Assembly: GCF_000315625.1 (NCBI RefSeq)
Contig: NW_005434644.1
Coordinates: 378,973 to 442,972, forward strand
Direction: 5' to 3'
Source: Guillardia theta CCMP2712
Lineage: Eukaryota; Protista; Cryptophyta
DNA length: 64,000 nt
Below the pieces are notes generated by a model. It was not told where the DNA came from. It made no database searches and worked only from the letters and a program-made list of their open reading frames with translations. The translations under genes and the position numbers were made by a program. Below are positions 1 to 15,974 of the stretch, piece by piece. The number at the start of each line of letters is the position of its first letter. The stretch's first letter is position 1.

Positions 1-59
1 GAATTTGTAAGGCTTGAATTGCATGAATTTTCGACAGTAACGAAACGATACCAAGAAAG

Positions 60-400
60 AAAAAACTCCAGTAAACAATTCAACTAACCAAATATAAGAT
101 CAACATGATTGAGCATGTAATCGAGGCTCATAACCGACGGAATACAAGTTTGTTAGACTTGTACTAGTCCAAAGTCACGCAGATGTCACATCGACCTTAG
201 TTGTAACAAGACAGTTTTTGCTCAAGACCGAGTTTAATGCACACAAAAACAGAATTGAGGAGCACATGAGAGATAGACTGTATGCTAGGATGTGAAACCC
301 AAGCATCCAGACATGAGAGGACCTTAGCAAGACGGCTAGGAAAGTCCCCTCTTCATTCCATGTACTACATGCCGCCTCGCCACGTAAGTCGTCTTGGTTT
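60..400 (-). pseudogene. Degenerate hAT-type transposase C-terminal (dimerisation domain) remnant
   Basis: Broken minus-strand frames give EEGTFLA...SHPSIQSISHVLL...EQK..Y...SNKLVF, resembling the hAT motif EGxF...WW..G..hP.LQ.hA..LL...ERNWS.Y...NKLVFV. Stops and frameshifts are present. Confidence 0.4.
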
Positions 401-420
401 ACAGGAGAGTTTTTGTTAAC

Positions 421-1140
421 TCGGCGCTATCTGACTGGCACGGCTGGCATACGTTCCATCGGACTGTGATCGGATCGTGCCAGGTGACTCCGGCGGACGG
501 GCCGGGCCGACCCGGTGAGACTCTCAGAAGTCGGAGAAGAGCCAGATAGCCTGCCTCAGTCCTGTCCGGCCCCCGGCGTCGGCCAGTGACTCAGTGACTC
601 GTGACGGCAGTGCTCTCGGCCTCGCGGCCGCGCCCGGGCCGGCGGCCGCCGGCAGGCGGCCCGGGGGCTGCAGCCCGGGCCCAGGCCGCTGAGACTCAGT
701 GATGGGTCGCCGGGGACGGGGCCTCGCCGCCCACTGTAGTATCGGTGATCAAGTTGGGAAACTTGACCCGGCTCAGCCTCCAGGCTCGGAGTTTCCCGTG
801 GCAACTTTCATGTTGAAACCAGGCTCAGACAGGCTCTGTGTGCGGCCGGGTCGGGCCACATAACTTTGAGTAAAGAAGCCAGTGACGGACGAACTTCCAA
901 GTTCCGAAGTTGGCACTGCTTCAATGTAGTAATAACTCGTACTGATCTTTAACTTAGCTTTGACTCGAATAACTAGTAGTCAGCCTGTGTGAGCGAGGCT
1001 GGCAGTGGGGCCCGGCGGCGGCCGGCCGGGCGTACCACGGTAGTACGGTAGCGGGCTACCGTACCGGGTCCGCCCGGGCCGACCTGCCACTCAAAGGGCC
1101 CCGGGGGTGCCCCAGCGTCCGTTAAAATGCAGCCTTAGAC
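421..1140. other. GC-rich palindromic-word island
   Basis: Dense CCGG/GGCC/CCCGGG, GACTCAGT, GTACCGTAC and AACTT/AAGTT words. No credible ORF. Lies just upstream of the gene at 1246. Confidence 0.7.
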
Positions 1141-1245
1141 CGCCAGCATCATCGTCCTCAGTTGCGGCAGTGCAGACTCAGACCAAGAAGCGTTGCAGTC
1201 GCTGAGGGGCTGAAGGGGCCGCCGAGCCTGGGAGACGAACCACTG

Positions 1246-4200
1246 ATGACAAACTCGAGGCCTCTAGTTGCTCCTCGGCCATTCAGCGTCGAACTACCTG
1301 AAGTAGAAGATCGCCATCATGTCGACCGACCGCGCAGTGTTCCCCCACACCTCAGCTCGAGTTGTGGCATGGATGTGAGCCTGAAACTTGCTGGGCCTGA
1401 TATTGAAGGTGTATTTGACCAAAGCTGACAGGACTCTACATCCCAAGCTAGGTCATCAACGCCTGCTCCTGGCTTGTCCAGAACACGGCTGCGAAGACAA
1501 AACCCGAGATCAAGCTCTTCGAGCAACTTCTACATACCGGAAGGCTCTGACGCTCCTGTGAAGTCGGGGGACGAGATAAGGAAGATGATCGATCCTAATT
1601 TCAAGATCAAGCATCAGAAGGAGGTGAGGGCTCGATAGGTAAACAAGATCCACGGTGACTCGCAACATTGGTCAGGTGCTTGAAAGGACCAACTTCTACT
1701 TGGATCAGACCTTCGAAAAGACCATCGAGTCCTACAAGACCGAGTACTTTGAGCTTGACCTCTCCAGTCGCCCTCTCGAGTCGATTCCTCTGAAATGCGC
1801 GAGGATCACCTTCCAAGTGCTCATGGGATCATGCGAGGTCTTTCTGTCCATGAGCGATCATGCCGAGTACCCGTCACGAGAGCAGCACGACTGGGCGCTG
1901 CCCCCTGTAGATCTCTACGACGGCTCCGGAAGGATGGATGAAGTCATAACGCTGATCATAACGCCAGTAGATAAGGCATACGCGAGTTCTAAGGCGAGGA
2001 GAATCATCTTCGGGGTTAGGAGCCCCACGGGCCACGTCCACTTCAAAGTGAAGCCGCAGCTCAAGTCTTTCTTGACGGGAAATGCGTCGCAGATGCTGGA
2101 GGACAGGTCGACGAGGTGAGCGAAACTTTGATGATGAAACCTGGTTGACAGCGCATGCAGGAAAAAGATTGAGAGAGACTCCAAGATGAAGGAGACAAGA
2201 GAGATCAAACAAAGCGTGTTGCACTCCGAGCTTCGAACGAAGCTTGCACGGTCTGGAAAAGAGACGCAGATCCCTGAGTTCCGTCCCAAGACCTTGGAGC
2301 ATCAGCCGTCGAGGATCAAGTCACCAATAGCGAGCTTGGCAAGAAATCTCTCGGCGACCATCGCGCCATCAAAACCCAACACTGAGAGCTTGTGGAATAT
2401 CCTCGAGAGCCTGGAGAAAGACTACACGGCCGAGCCCGCGGTCGAGCAGGTCGATGCTGCTCTGCAACGGCTGCAGTCCGGCAGCGTGTACCAGGGGAGC
2501 GCAACACAGCGGTCGACGGCCCTGGTCACCGGGAGGGAGGGATGGACCTCCAGGACGGCGAGAAGCTCGACGAGGAAGAAGCGACTGATCGCCAAGTGAG
2601 CTCTGGTGACCCCGAGCATGCAGCGATGTCTCACTCCTTGCGGCAGGCAGGCTCAGGTGCCGATCGATCCGGACGTGGTCGAGCTGGACAAAGGGAACTG
2701 GGAGAAGATCGTTCTGTCCGCCAAGATCCCAGCGGCGATGAGGCTGCAGTGGGCGGTGGAGGAGATCGAGAGCGCAAAGAACAACTCGCAGGGGCTGACG
2801 GGGGCGAGGAGATACCTGCGCAACCACCCTCTGGAATCGAGGAAGCAAGCTGCCCTGCAGCCTATCAGCACCCGGATGGTCCCAATGTCAGCTCGCAGCA
2901 TCAACTTTGGGAACCTGGTCACGGATGAAGTCAGGACCGCAAGAAGCCACTACTCGGGGGAGTACCACGACTCGCAAGTCGCCGTTCCCTCCCACCAACA
3001 GCATGTCGCCGACTCCCTAGAAGAAGAGTTCGCAACTGAAGCTTCTCGTCCCCTTGACCAGCGGCCGTTGGATTACCCGGACATTCCTCCGCTGGACTTC
3101 AAGAAGCTGTTTGAACGAGCGACCGGAAAGGTCTCGCAGCAGTTTGTGCCTGAGACCCCCGAGGCCCCCCAGCTGAGCGAGCGACGAGGCGACACGAGCG
3201 CAAGGAACGAGCCGCAGAAGGGAGGGCTGTCGTCAAGGGGGGAAGGGTCCTCCAGCGCGCGGGGGAAGGTGGAGGGGTCGTCGAGCGCGAGGGGGAAGGT
3301 GGAGGGGACTTCAAGTGCAAGGGGGAAGTTGGAGGGGCCCCTGAGCTCGAGGGAGAGCTTGTCTGCAAGGTCTTCCTCAAGCGTGGAGAGCGAGTCTGGT
3401 CTTCAGAAAGCTCTGCTGGCTGACGACGAGAAACTCTGTCTCTCCCTCTTCTCCAAGTACCGGGCAAACCACATGACCAGGTTCTCCAAGACCAAGGAGT
3501 TCCTGGACAGGCTGGGGCCCGAGGAGCCGCAGGCTGAGGTCGGGATGAGCCTTACGGACTTGATCAAACTGCTGCTGGAGATGAAGATCATCACGACGGG
3601 GAAGTCAGGAGCCTTCAACCGGAGGGACGTGGTGACCATGGGCAGAGAGTGCTTCAACATGCGGGGAGAGCAGCATCACCCGACCGAGGACGAGATCATC
3701 CTGTCCTACGACGAGTTCAAGTCCATCCTCGACAGGATCTCCAAGGCTCTGGGGAAGCCTTACTACGCGGACAGAGCTCGGCCTGCGGGGATAGACAAGA
3801 AGCTGTGGGATCGAATCATGGAAGACACCAAGCCCGAGATCAGGCTGAGACGAATTGCCCAGGACCAGAACTTCAGGAAGAAGATCCTCCGAGCCTTTGG
3901 CGTCCACGACCGGGACAGCGACGGGGTCCTGCTGTGGGAAGAGTTTCACGAGCTGTGCAGGAAGGAGCTGGGGGTGAAGAAGGCACACAGCCTCAAGATG
4001 CTCGAGACGGGGCAGGTCAACCTCGAGGGCCCGGGCCTGACAGTCGAGACGTTCATGTCTCTCTTCCTGAGCCCTGACCCCGACCCGGTGGACGCGAGAG
4101 AGACGGAGGAGAGCTTCAAGAACGCCATCGTCCACGAGTACAGGAGGCTGCATGCCGAGATGTGTGCTGGGTCAGAGGACGTGGGCGTGACAGGGTCCAA

Positions 4201-5313
4201 GTACAAGGCCATCGAGCACCTTCAGAGCAAGGCGAAGAAATTCTCGACGAGCAAGGAGGAGGTGAAGGCTGGATGGCTCTACCGGCGAGGTGCTTCCCTC
4301 TCCCTCTCCCTCTTGCTCCCTCTCTCTCCCTCTCTCTCCCTCTCTTCCTCCTCCCTCCCTCCCTCCCTCCCTCGGCTCAACCCTGACACCCTCACTCAGA
4401 GACCTTCGGGCCCATCAAGAAGTGGATGATGTACTATGCCGTGCTGGAGAAGCGCATCGGAGGGTCCGTGCTGAGGCTGTTCAACAGCACGCTGCCGGAG
4501 GAGGAGCTGGAGAACGACGTGGCGTATGACGAGGCAGGGCAGATAGACGCGCTGTGGATCGACGGAGCAGACCCAGCAGAGATCGTGCACCTTGCCGACT
4601 CGTCGGAAGTTCGGCAGGAGGCGGCGAAGCACGCGGCTCCTCAGCTGGAGCGAATGCAGGAGAGACTGGTGTCGCTAAGGAGCAGGAAGGCGCGAGAGAT
4701 TGCGGCAGCCAGGGTCTCTCTAGTACCAGAGACGGGCAGGAGCGAGGGATCGGAAGACAGCGAGAACTGGACTTACTGCATCATCAAAATCCGTTGCTCC
4801 TCCAGCAAGCTGAACCCGGGCAAGCATGACGTCCTCCTCAAGGTTCGCAGCGAGTGTGCGGAGGATGAGGCGGAAGACTGGGTGGAGGCCATTCGCTCTT
4901 CCGTCCCTGACCTTCAGCTTGCCATGGGCGAAAACCTGAGGACCATCCAGGAGATCGCACGTTCCACACCCCAGCTGCGAGACGTGTGCGTTCCTCTCGA
5001 CCACGAGGAGGAGATTCTTGCGAGCAATGTGGCCAACGTCATCGCAGAGGCTCTGAAGCCCTCGTGCATCATCATGCCCGTGCTGGACAGTCAGGGGAAC
5101 CTGACGCTGGCAGCAGGAGGCAGAGATGACAAGGAGGATCAGGACAGCAAGAAGAAGAAGCAGGCCGGGACGCTCGAAGCCATCATAGAGGAGACGGAGG
5201 AAGATCTCCTTGCCTTCTTGACGCCGGTCGCCGAGCTCATCGAGTGAGTTCGACCGTTGACCGTTAACGAGGAAGCTGCTTCCTCCTCGGAGAGAAGTAC
5301 CAACTGCGATGCT
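1246..5313 (+). CDS. Multi-exon EF-hand and PH-domain protein (ends approximate)
   Basis: ORFs 1655-2119, 2186-2599, 2606-4429 and 4426-5247 are joined by short GT-AG introns. EF-hand AFGVHDRDSDGVLLWEEF. PH domain VKAGWLYRR|ETFGPIKKWMMYYAVL...EAEDWVEAIRSS is split by a CT-rich intron at ~4290-4399. Confidence 0.7.
3236..3355 (+). repeat. Coding 30-bp tandem repeat (GKVEGSSSAR, 3-4 copies)
   Basis: RGEGSSSARGKVEGSSSARGKVEGTSSARGKLEGPLSSR in ORF 2606-4429. Confidence 0.85.
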
Positions 5314-5619
5314 GAAGTTCTTGGGTGACCTGTTCGTCCGCTGAGCTCTTCTCTCTACTCCTCCCTCCTCTCTCCTCCTCCTCTTCTCTCCTCTCTCCTC
5401 CTCCTCTCTCCTCCTCCTTCCCCTTATTTCCTCCCCCCCTGCTCACCTGGATGGAGACATTGGTTTTCTCCCCCCATTGATCGACGACCTTCTGTATGAT
5501 ATGAACCAGGGAACCATCTGTCTTTTGCTGAGAGGAACGTATTTCTGTAGAGTATATAAAGTAACCTGGTGCGGTCACTGTGTAGTAACTGCCACCTGCC
5601 ACCAGACCTGGCAAGCTAG

Positions 5620-8460
5620 TCAGCTTGTCATGTCTCGTTCCTCTCGAGCCCACCAGCATCGCTCACTGAGTCATCCAAACAATCAAGAAGCTGATCTAAG
5701 TGCGCTTGCTCTCCGAGGGAAGGAGGGCAGACGTAAACGAAGTCCAAGGATCCGGAGGCGATACACTTTGCCGCCTCCTCCTGACAAGGGCTGCACAACA
5801 ACTGCCTGTCGCTCCAATCCAAGACCTCCACGTGCCCTCCATAGGGCGTGTACGCTGCCATCTCCTCTTTGATGTAGCTGCATGATATTCCGAGCACCAT
5901 CCCCCGTCCTGACAAGCTTCGTTCGCTCAGCAGGTCCCCCATGGCCTGACTGTCGCACAAACTTCAGCGAGGAGTCAAGGACGAGACATCGGCCGACCGC
6001 GTGTCCAGCACGACTCCTCCCCAGTCCATGCTCGAAGGTACAGCCAGCTCAACAAGTAGCTGGGGGGCGGGTGAGCTGTGAGGACTAGAACCCATCCTCA
6101 CCTCCCCGCCCGCTGACGCGAAGACAGGCAAGCCGTCCCATCCAATCAGCTCCACCTGAACTTCTAGCCTTCCTATCGGAAGGTCTGCAACATGATCATG
6201 ACGCTGGAGGGGCAGTGGCGGCAACAAGTGCCTTGGAGGAGGAGCAGCGTCTTGTTGGAACACGATCGTCCGTTGTCTGTATCCCAGTCAGCGGGAGGCC
6301 CGGAAGCTCTGAAGCATCTGCCCACCCCAGGTGATGCAGACCTGACCGTCCTGTCCGAGGTCGAAGCTCGACACTGAGAGGGATGTCAACTTGTCGTTTC
6401 TCCCTCCCACGTAGTCTGACCGTCAGTGAGCACGAAAGCATGCTCGGGGTTGACGACCGAGCCAGCGGCAGGGAAGATAAGGCGAGCTTCGGGCCGACGA
6501 TGACTCAGGTCGAGGAACATGCGGCAAGGCATCTCCGTTTGAAGGTGGTTGTCGGAGACAGAGACGACCTGCGCAGCAACATCAGCTGCTTGCTTTCAAC
6601 CTACTCAACCTGGCATATAGCCCTCTCCTCTTCGTCACCCTCCATCCCCTGCCTCCTCCACGCAGGTATGCTTCATCTCCTCACGTTGCAGAGATCTGCG
6701 TGGCGAGCACAGGTGAGGGTGAACACGCTCTCCTCTGTTCCCATGTAGCCATCCTTCAAGGTCATGTTCAAGACCTGCAACCGCCCCATCAGATTTGCAC
6801 GATGCCATGGCTGCTCCTTTCCTCGTCCATCTTCCTCGATACCACACGGATGGATTCTCCCGTCCCACCGAAAATATTTCCTCGCAGCAACTGCGATGCG
6901 ATCAGGATGCAAGTCCTCCCATCATGGAGTGGCGGATTGACTTCCAACTCACCACGTTGGCAGCTTTCCCTGAGTATTTCATGTGAGCGTCTTGCGGGAA
7001 CCCGTGGACATCAAGTCCTTCGTCGTAGCTGGTCAACCAGAATCATCACAGAAGCACCAAGTTGAGGCTCCTTCACCTGAGATCCATGGAGTAGATCAAG
7101 AAGCGACGGGACTGGAGGTGTAGAGCCTGCAGGTTCAACGGTGGCTGCACGAATCGCACACCTTGACCAGTCGTCACGTCAACTCCTGTCTCCCTCTTCC
7201 TCCCCTCACATAGTCCCGCATCCATCCAGAAGAACTGAGAGGATCCGAAGGGGTTCTCCTCCACCACTTCCTCCAGCCAGAAGATCTTTGACATCACCTG
7301 CACGCGTCCTCACCTCTCCGACGCACCTCGTGCTTCAACTCTCACCAGGGCGTTGTACAACTCCATCTTGGCAGGGTTGTATCTGGAGCAGCAGCACTTA
7401 GCAGCTTCTTACGCCAGATCACAACAAGATACATCTTGTTGAACCCTTGCCATCTCTGGCTCACACGGAGAGTCTCAACATCATCGAAGTGCTTGAAGGC
7501 TGCTGGAGCTATCACGAAAGGAATTCAACATGCTGAAGTCCACCTGTAAGATCTGAGAGCTCTTTGCGTCGGATGGTGGCCTTGGAGTGCAGGTAAGGCT
7601 CTACGAGATGGGCATACTCCTCCTGCAGCAGCGTCAGGGCTCCCGAAGTAGTGATGGAGCAGATCAAAGGACGATATTCCTGCATGTGGATCACGACGGG
7701 GATCTTGAGGGCCAGGATGTGCAGGATGTTTCCGATGTAATCTTCTTCGAAGCTGATGTTCCCATGCCTCCTTCCTATGTTGATCGCCTGACATCAGATG
7801 AGGGGGGGTGAAAGTGCAGCCACGTCCTCGCTCACAGCAGTGACAAACGTCAGGTCACGGTACCCTTCGTCCCCAAGATCCTTCGTCGCCCCATCGTCCC
7901 ATCCAGTGCACACGCTCTCTGCAGCAGCATGTCATGCAGCAGCAGTACAAGCGTCTTCCCTCACCTCCCCTCCTGATCTTCCCGGCCAGCGCTCCCAGCA
8001 AAGACTCTCCTCTTCGGATCTCGAAACTCACTCGCAGCCGGCCAGACACCTCCAACTCCCTTCCTTGCGAGTCGAGCGCTGCGATGTAAACAACATGCGG
8101 GCCATCTTGCAGCCCAAAGATCTTGAAGGAGCCGTCTGTCTGTGATGTCCGGCTGTAGCTCACTCCGTCGACATGTATCACCACCTTGACCTCAACAAGT
8201 CAGCGACATCTAGAGCAAGAGCTGTCGACAATCATCACTTGGTCAAAATCTTCAGCATCTTCAGCGCAAACTCTCCAGGAAACGATGAGGTAGGAGGCTG
8301 TCCATACGTCTAGTGCTGATGGAGAGATGATCTCTGTCCTGCATGATCCTGGACGGCCTTGCTTCGCCATGGACTGCTCAAGCATTTGCTCCGTCTCCCT
8401 TCTCACGCACATGGACTGCAGGCTGAGCGCAAGAAGGAGGAAGCCTCGCACGAGCTGCAT
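5620..8460 (-). CDS. Secreted multi-exon HtrL/YibB-like putative glycosyltransferase
   Basis: Signal peptide MQLVRGFLLLALSLQSMC. Exons contain LTFVTAV, MSKIFWLEEVVEENPFGSSQFFWMDAGL and GYMGTEESVFT, typical of HtrL-family proteins. The 3' end is uncertain. Confidence 0.55.
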
Positions 8461-9164
8461 GCTCGTATGTTAGGATTGCTGAAGACGTGCAAGGCTCGTC
8501 GGCTACTGCCATTCAGCTCGCAGCATGGAGCAACAAATTCCGCAGCTTCGGAGCGAGCATGGCGGGGCAAGGAAAGTCCTGCTCAGTGCAGGTGGCTCTG
8601 TGCCGCAGAGGCCCGGCCGGTGCGTCCCGGGCGGCCGCGAGTTTCCGTGCCCGCCTGGGGAAAGTTTGAAGGCGCCATGCTGTCACAGAGGGTTTGACTG
8701 GACGGTGGAGGAGGAGGCGCAGAGAGACAGAGAGCAAGAGGACGTCGGGAGAGCATGCAGTAGCAGCACGTCGCGCTAGAGCCAACGAGAGAGGAGCAGA
8801 CGAGTGAAGTGAGTTCGCGGGAGAGAAGCAAAGTAGAAGCAGTCCCCGACAGGAGAAGACGCAGTGGGGAGTTGGAGGAGAAGGGGAGGATACCCTGGAA
8901 GTTAGCGGGGAGGAGACTGAAGGGTGAAGGAGGATGATGAGATTACATCTTTCCATCGTATGCGTGCTGTGCGCACTTGGAATTGGCAGAGCTGCTGCGA
9001 ACCACCTGCCACTCCTTTCTACCCCTGGCGCCCTGAGGTATTTTTGAGTCTTGACGTGTTTTTGCCTCTACTGCTGCTTCTTCGATGTTGTTGTTCGTGT
9101 ATGCTGCTGCAGAGCTTCTCTCTCTTCTCTCGCCCCTGCAACTCGCCAGTGACTTCCTCCCAGG

Positions 9165-10312
9165 ATGCCCAAGGGATGCATACGGCTCAGTGGAGGAGGT
9201 GCAGCACACTTTGGGATATCGGAGGATGAGAAAGCCAGCCTGTCGCAGCTGAGGGAGAAGCTCGGGGGCACGCTGAAGCAAGCGTGCAAGAGCAACCCTG
9301 ACTTCCACCATGACGACCGATTGATTCGGTTACTGCGCACTAACCAGGGCGACGTCGATAAGACCGTAGCATTCTTCAAGAGCATGCTCCGATGGAGGAG
9401 TGAGCTGGACAGTGATGCTATCAGAGCTCAGGTCGCCAAACACTGGACTGAACGCTTCTGGGACCTCAAGTGCCTTCCGAAGAAAGAAGTGATGAGGAGG
9501 TACTATCACTTCGAGCCCAACCACGCGGTCAATCCTGACGGCGACCTGGTGTCGGTGGAATGCACTGGGAAGATTCAGATAAGAAGTTTCATGAAGGAGA
9601 TCTCAGAGCAAGACATCATGCGATTCTGGTGCTACCTGATGGAGTGGAATATGATAAAGTTGGCTCAGTTGTCCAGGGCTCACGGCAGGGTTGCACGGAT
9701 GGTACAGATCAAAGACATGGAAGGGCTCAAACTGTTTCAGGCATCTTGCAAGGTTGCAATGAGTCGATTCAGAAAGATAAACAAGATGCTTCACGAGGTC
9801 TACCCTGAGACGCTGTCTCAGCTGATTGTGATCAACATCCCGCCGATGTTCAGCCTGATTTGGCGAGTTTTCCACCCCTTCCTACCCCTCCGGACCGTGA
9901 GGAAAATGTCAATACACTCAGGGAAGAGCTGGAGTCAGCGCGACATTCTCCTCAAGCACCTGAAAGAAGCTGACTCCATCGTCGTCAACGATGGTGGGGT
10001 CCGGGTCTACGCCAAGGCGTGCGAGGTGAACACCAGGCTCCTCTCCTGTCTTTGGTCACTCTGCGTTGGCAGGAGGTAGACGACAACTCGATGACGTCAT
10101 CTGGTGTGGGGGTGAAGTTTCTCAATCGGGCTGCGTTTGCGGGGGTTGCGGCGCTGCTCCTGAACCTCTGCTTCAGATCAGGTATCGCCCTCATGCCGCG
10201 CTGAATCAGCTGATGCTCTCCAGGTGAAAGCCCAAACTCCATCAAGACCATGCTGAGCAACCCCTACCCCAACTTGCGACTGTTCGCACGGAAGAGCAAA
10301 GCCCTGCCGTGA
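9165..10312 (+). CDS. CRAL-TRIO (Sec14-like) lipid-binding protein
   Basis: DDRLIRLLRTNQGDVDKTVAFFKSMLRWR (CRAL N-term), IKDMEGL and YPETLSQLIVINIPPMFSLIWRVFHPFLPLRTVRKM. There may be upstream exons from ~8920. Confidence 0.9.
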
Positions 10313-10329
10313 GTTGGAAAGGAATTAAA

Positions 10330-11130
10330 TCATCTCATCATGTTCCAATCGGCATTCAAAGATCATTCGAACTCAGGCCAGCTGCCAATATGTCCAACGC
10401 TCAAGACTTGCTGACCCTGTTTTATTTACAAATGATTGATTGTTGATCTACAAAAGGTTCCCTCTTCTTCCCTCCGAAGGACTATCACACAATCCCAGCC
10501 TTGTCATACTGAGAATCGTCCTGAACACACGGGCTCCACATGTCAGACGAGCAATACTGGCTCGCAGTCGACTTCGCAGATGCCAGGATTTGCTGCGGCG
10601 CTCAATCATCTATCGAAATCACACAGGCGCATCCTTACCTTGGTTAGTGGATCTTTCTTGAATTTTGAAACTGCCGCCAACATCTTTGATTCATTGTTAT
10701 AGAATTCTCCTGTCTGCTACAAAGTACAAGTCAACATATTCATCAGAAACTCGATATCTTTGTCGCTCCGACCTATCATTTCTATTCGTCCTTGTCTTAG
10801 TCTCCATTCCCTTCCACAACCCTTTCGAACCTGTTGTCCTCAACCTTCCCGACACCAATTAAAATGCTCTACCCCACGCCCGCCTCCAACATCTTCCTCC
10901 TCTGATTTCATAGTCCCAGCCTGCCTCGCCATCCATGTTATCTCCGTTCTTCATCCTTGTCATCAACATCCTCGTAGTCATTGTCATCTTCTTGCAGGTC
11001 CTGATTGTCATTCCCCTCACCCCCCCTCATCATTCTCAACCTGGTTTTCGTCCTCGTCATCTTCCTCGTTATCATCCTAGTCCTCGTCCTCGTCCTCGTC
11101 CTCGTCCTCCTCGTCCTCCTCCTCCACAAC
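10330..11130 (-). pseudogene. Degenerate hAT-like transposase fragment preceded by a decayed acidic tract
   Basis: Broken frames give REEEGTFCRS...SASLERWTY../GSWPEFE, like hAT EGxF...WW..G.WPEL. Upstream is an Asp/Glu tract with internal stops. Confidence 0.3.
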
Positions 11131-11529
11131 TCTTGTGCTCACCTGTTTCAATCCTCCAAACATTTCCACTTGCCCTTTCGCTGTACCACCCTCCTTGTAC
11201 CACCCCCCTTGGTTCTGATTACCCCTACATAAACCAGCATATTCTAATGCCACACCCACCCATCCAATCCACTACCCCCTTCATTCGTACAGCTGATGTT
11301 CCCTTCAAATCGGTGGGAATGTACCCGGTGGTCTTCGCAATATACCCACCCTCCTTGTTGACAGAGAAAACCACCGGTGCTGCGGTAACGGTTCTGAAAG
11401 TTTCCATGCGGTAAAATCCTGCTTACCCAGCGACTTTGCCCTTACCGCCTCCCTCCCTGCCTCCCTCCTCCCCTCCCTCCTCCCCTCCCTCCTCCCCTCC
11501 CTCCCTCCTTCCCTCGCTCCTTCCCTCCC

Positions 11530-11629
11530 NNNNNNNNNNNNNNNNNNNNNNNNNNNNNNNNNNNNNNNNNNNNNNNNNNNNNNNNNNNNNNNNNNNNNNN
11601 NNNNNNNNNNNNNNNNNNNNNNNNNNNNN
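11530..11629. other. Assembly gap (100 N)
   Basis: N run flanked by (CCCT)n low-complexity sequence. Confidence 0.98.
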
Positions 11630-12012
11630 CCATGGTTGCTTTCTCTCCCTCCCTCCCTCCCTCCCTACCTCCCTCCCTCCCTACCTCCCTACCTCCCTCC
11701 CCACCCCGCAACTCCCTTCATGATTCATTCTCCTCCGTCGAAACTCTTGTCATTTTTGCTGAGACACTGCCTGTCTTGCACACCGCAGTTGCGCTTGACT
11801 CCTCTCTTGTTGGTTTCACTCATCGTTGTTGATCCTGAGCACTTTTGACTAGTGCTGGCCAGTGCTCTGACGATTGTACATGCAGACACGGAAACACTTC
11901 GCTGTTTGATCATCTTGACCAGAGGCTTTCGAATGAAACAGCATCGTGATAGTCCCTTCAGCAGCATTCAGTTCACACTTCTCCGCTAAGGCTTCTCCCT
12001 TCCGACAGCAAC

Positions 12013-14850
<2,838 letters not shown>

Positions 14851-14949
14851 GGGGTTGACTGTATGAACTAGTCGAGCTCCCCTGCCTCTCCGATCTCACA
14901 TCCTGCATAAATCTGCTTGTTCTGAGTAACGCAAGCCAGCAGCCATGGC

Positions 14950-15808
14950 TCACAAGAGCATGTTCCCCGATGATTGGTCATCCTCCTCCATACCAGCAGG
15001 GTGACCAATCATTCTGTGTGGGGCCGAGGGAGGAGGAGGAGCGTCAGCCGGCGGAGTTTGACCACCTCTGGGGATGTAAAGGCGATATCCCCGTTCTCGC
15101 TCAGCGTGGAACGACTGTGCACGCATATTGAAGAGAGGCTGCTGCTGCTGCTGCTGCTGCTGCCTTTCGTTTTCGGTCTCTTCGATCCTCTGTATATTGG
15201 ATCTCAGCGTGAAGGCCAAGGAGGAGGATGTGATACCTGCAGCAGAATGCGGGCAACTTTGGTGTTGTTTGATTCAGCGGCATACATCAGAGCACTCTTC
15301 CCTTCAAACGAGATCTTCCCGACCGATGCTCCGAGTCTGTCAAGACCCTCATCAGCGTGTTTGTCAGGAGCAACCCGCCGCTTCTTCACCGCAGCAGAGT
15401 CTGTGTGGCATCACAGTGACCGGCAGCGGCCGAGACCTGCACTGGAGTCAGGTGCGCACGAGGAGGGTGGGGGCATCCGACGTGTATAGGAGCGAGACCG
15501 TCGAGCTCCTCGTCCGGGTTCATCCCGACAAACTTCACCATCCGCTCGATCTTGAACGCGTCCCCTGCCCTCGCCGCGTCGTGCAGGTCCTTCGTCTTCT
15601 GGTCAAACTCTGACACTAGGCCCCTTCCCTTCTTGATCCCCCACGATCCCGTCCCGATCGACTTGCGCTCCCACGTGGTCTCTCCTCCCTGATTGGAGGG
15701 CATCGCACGGAAGTTGTCCCATCGCATGATCGGCTCTTGGCGCATGTTTGCACCTCCGTCCGGAGCGCAGCATTCCCAGCTGCTGCACTGACTTTCACCT
15801 GCTCCCAT
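14950..15808 (-). CDS. Small ankyrin-repeat protein (multi-exon)
   Basis: LHDAARAGD, GLAPIH|VSAAAGHCDATQTLL and GKSALMYAAESNNTKVARILLQ. Confidence 0.85.
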
Positions 15809-15974
15809 CCGGGATCCGGCCTACCTTGCCATGCAAGCTCACAGTCGTCTTGTCGAGCGATGCTCACTGCAGCTGTTGGTTGCTTGAAGCATCTTCACCT
15901 TGCCATCACGCCCCTGCCTCTCGCCTTCTCTCTTGTTCTCCTGTCGCCAACGCTGCTGCCTGACAACCCTTGAC

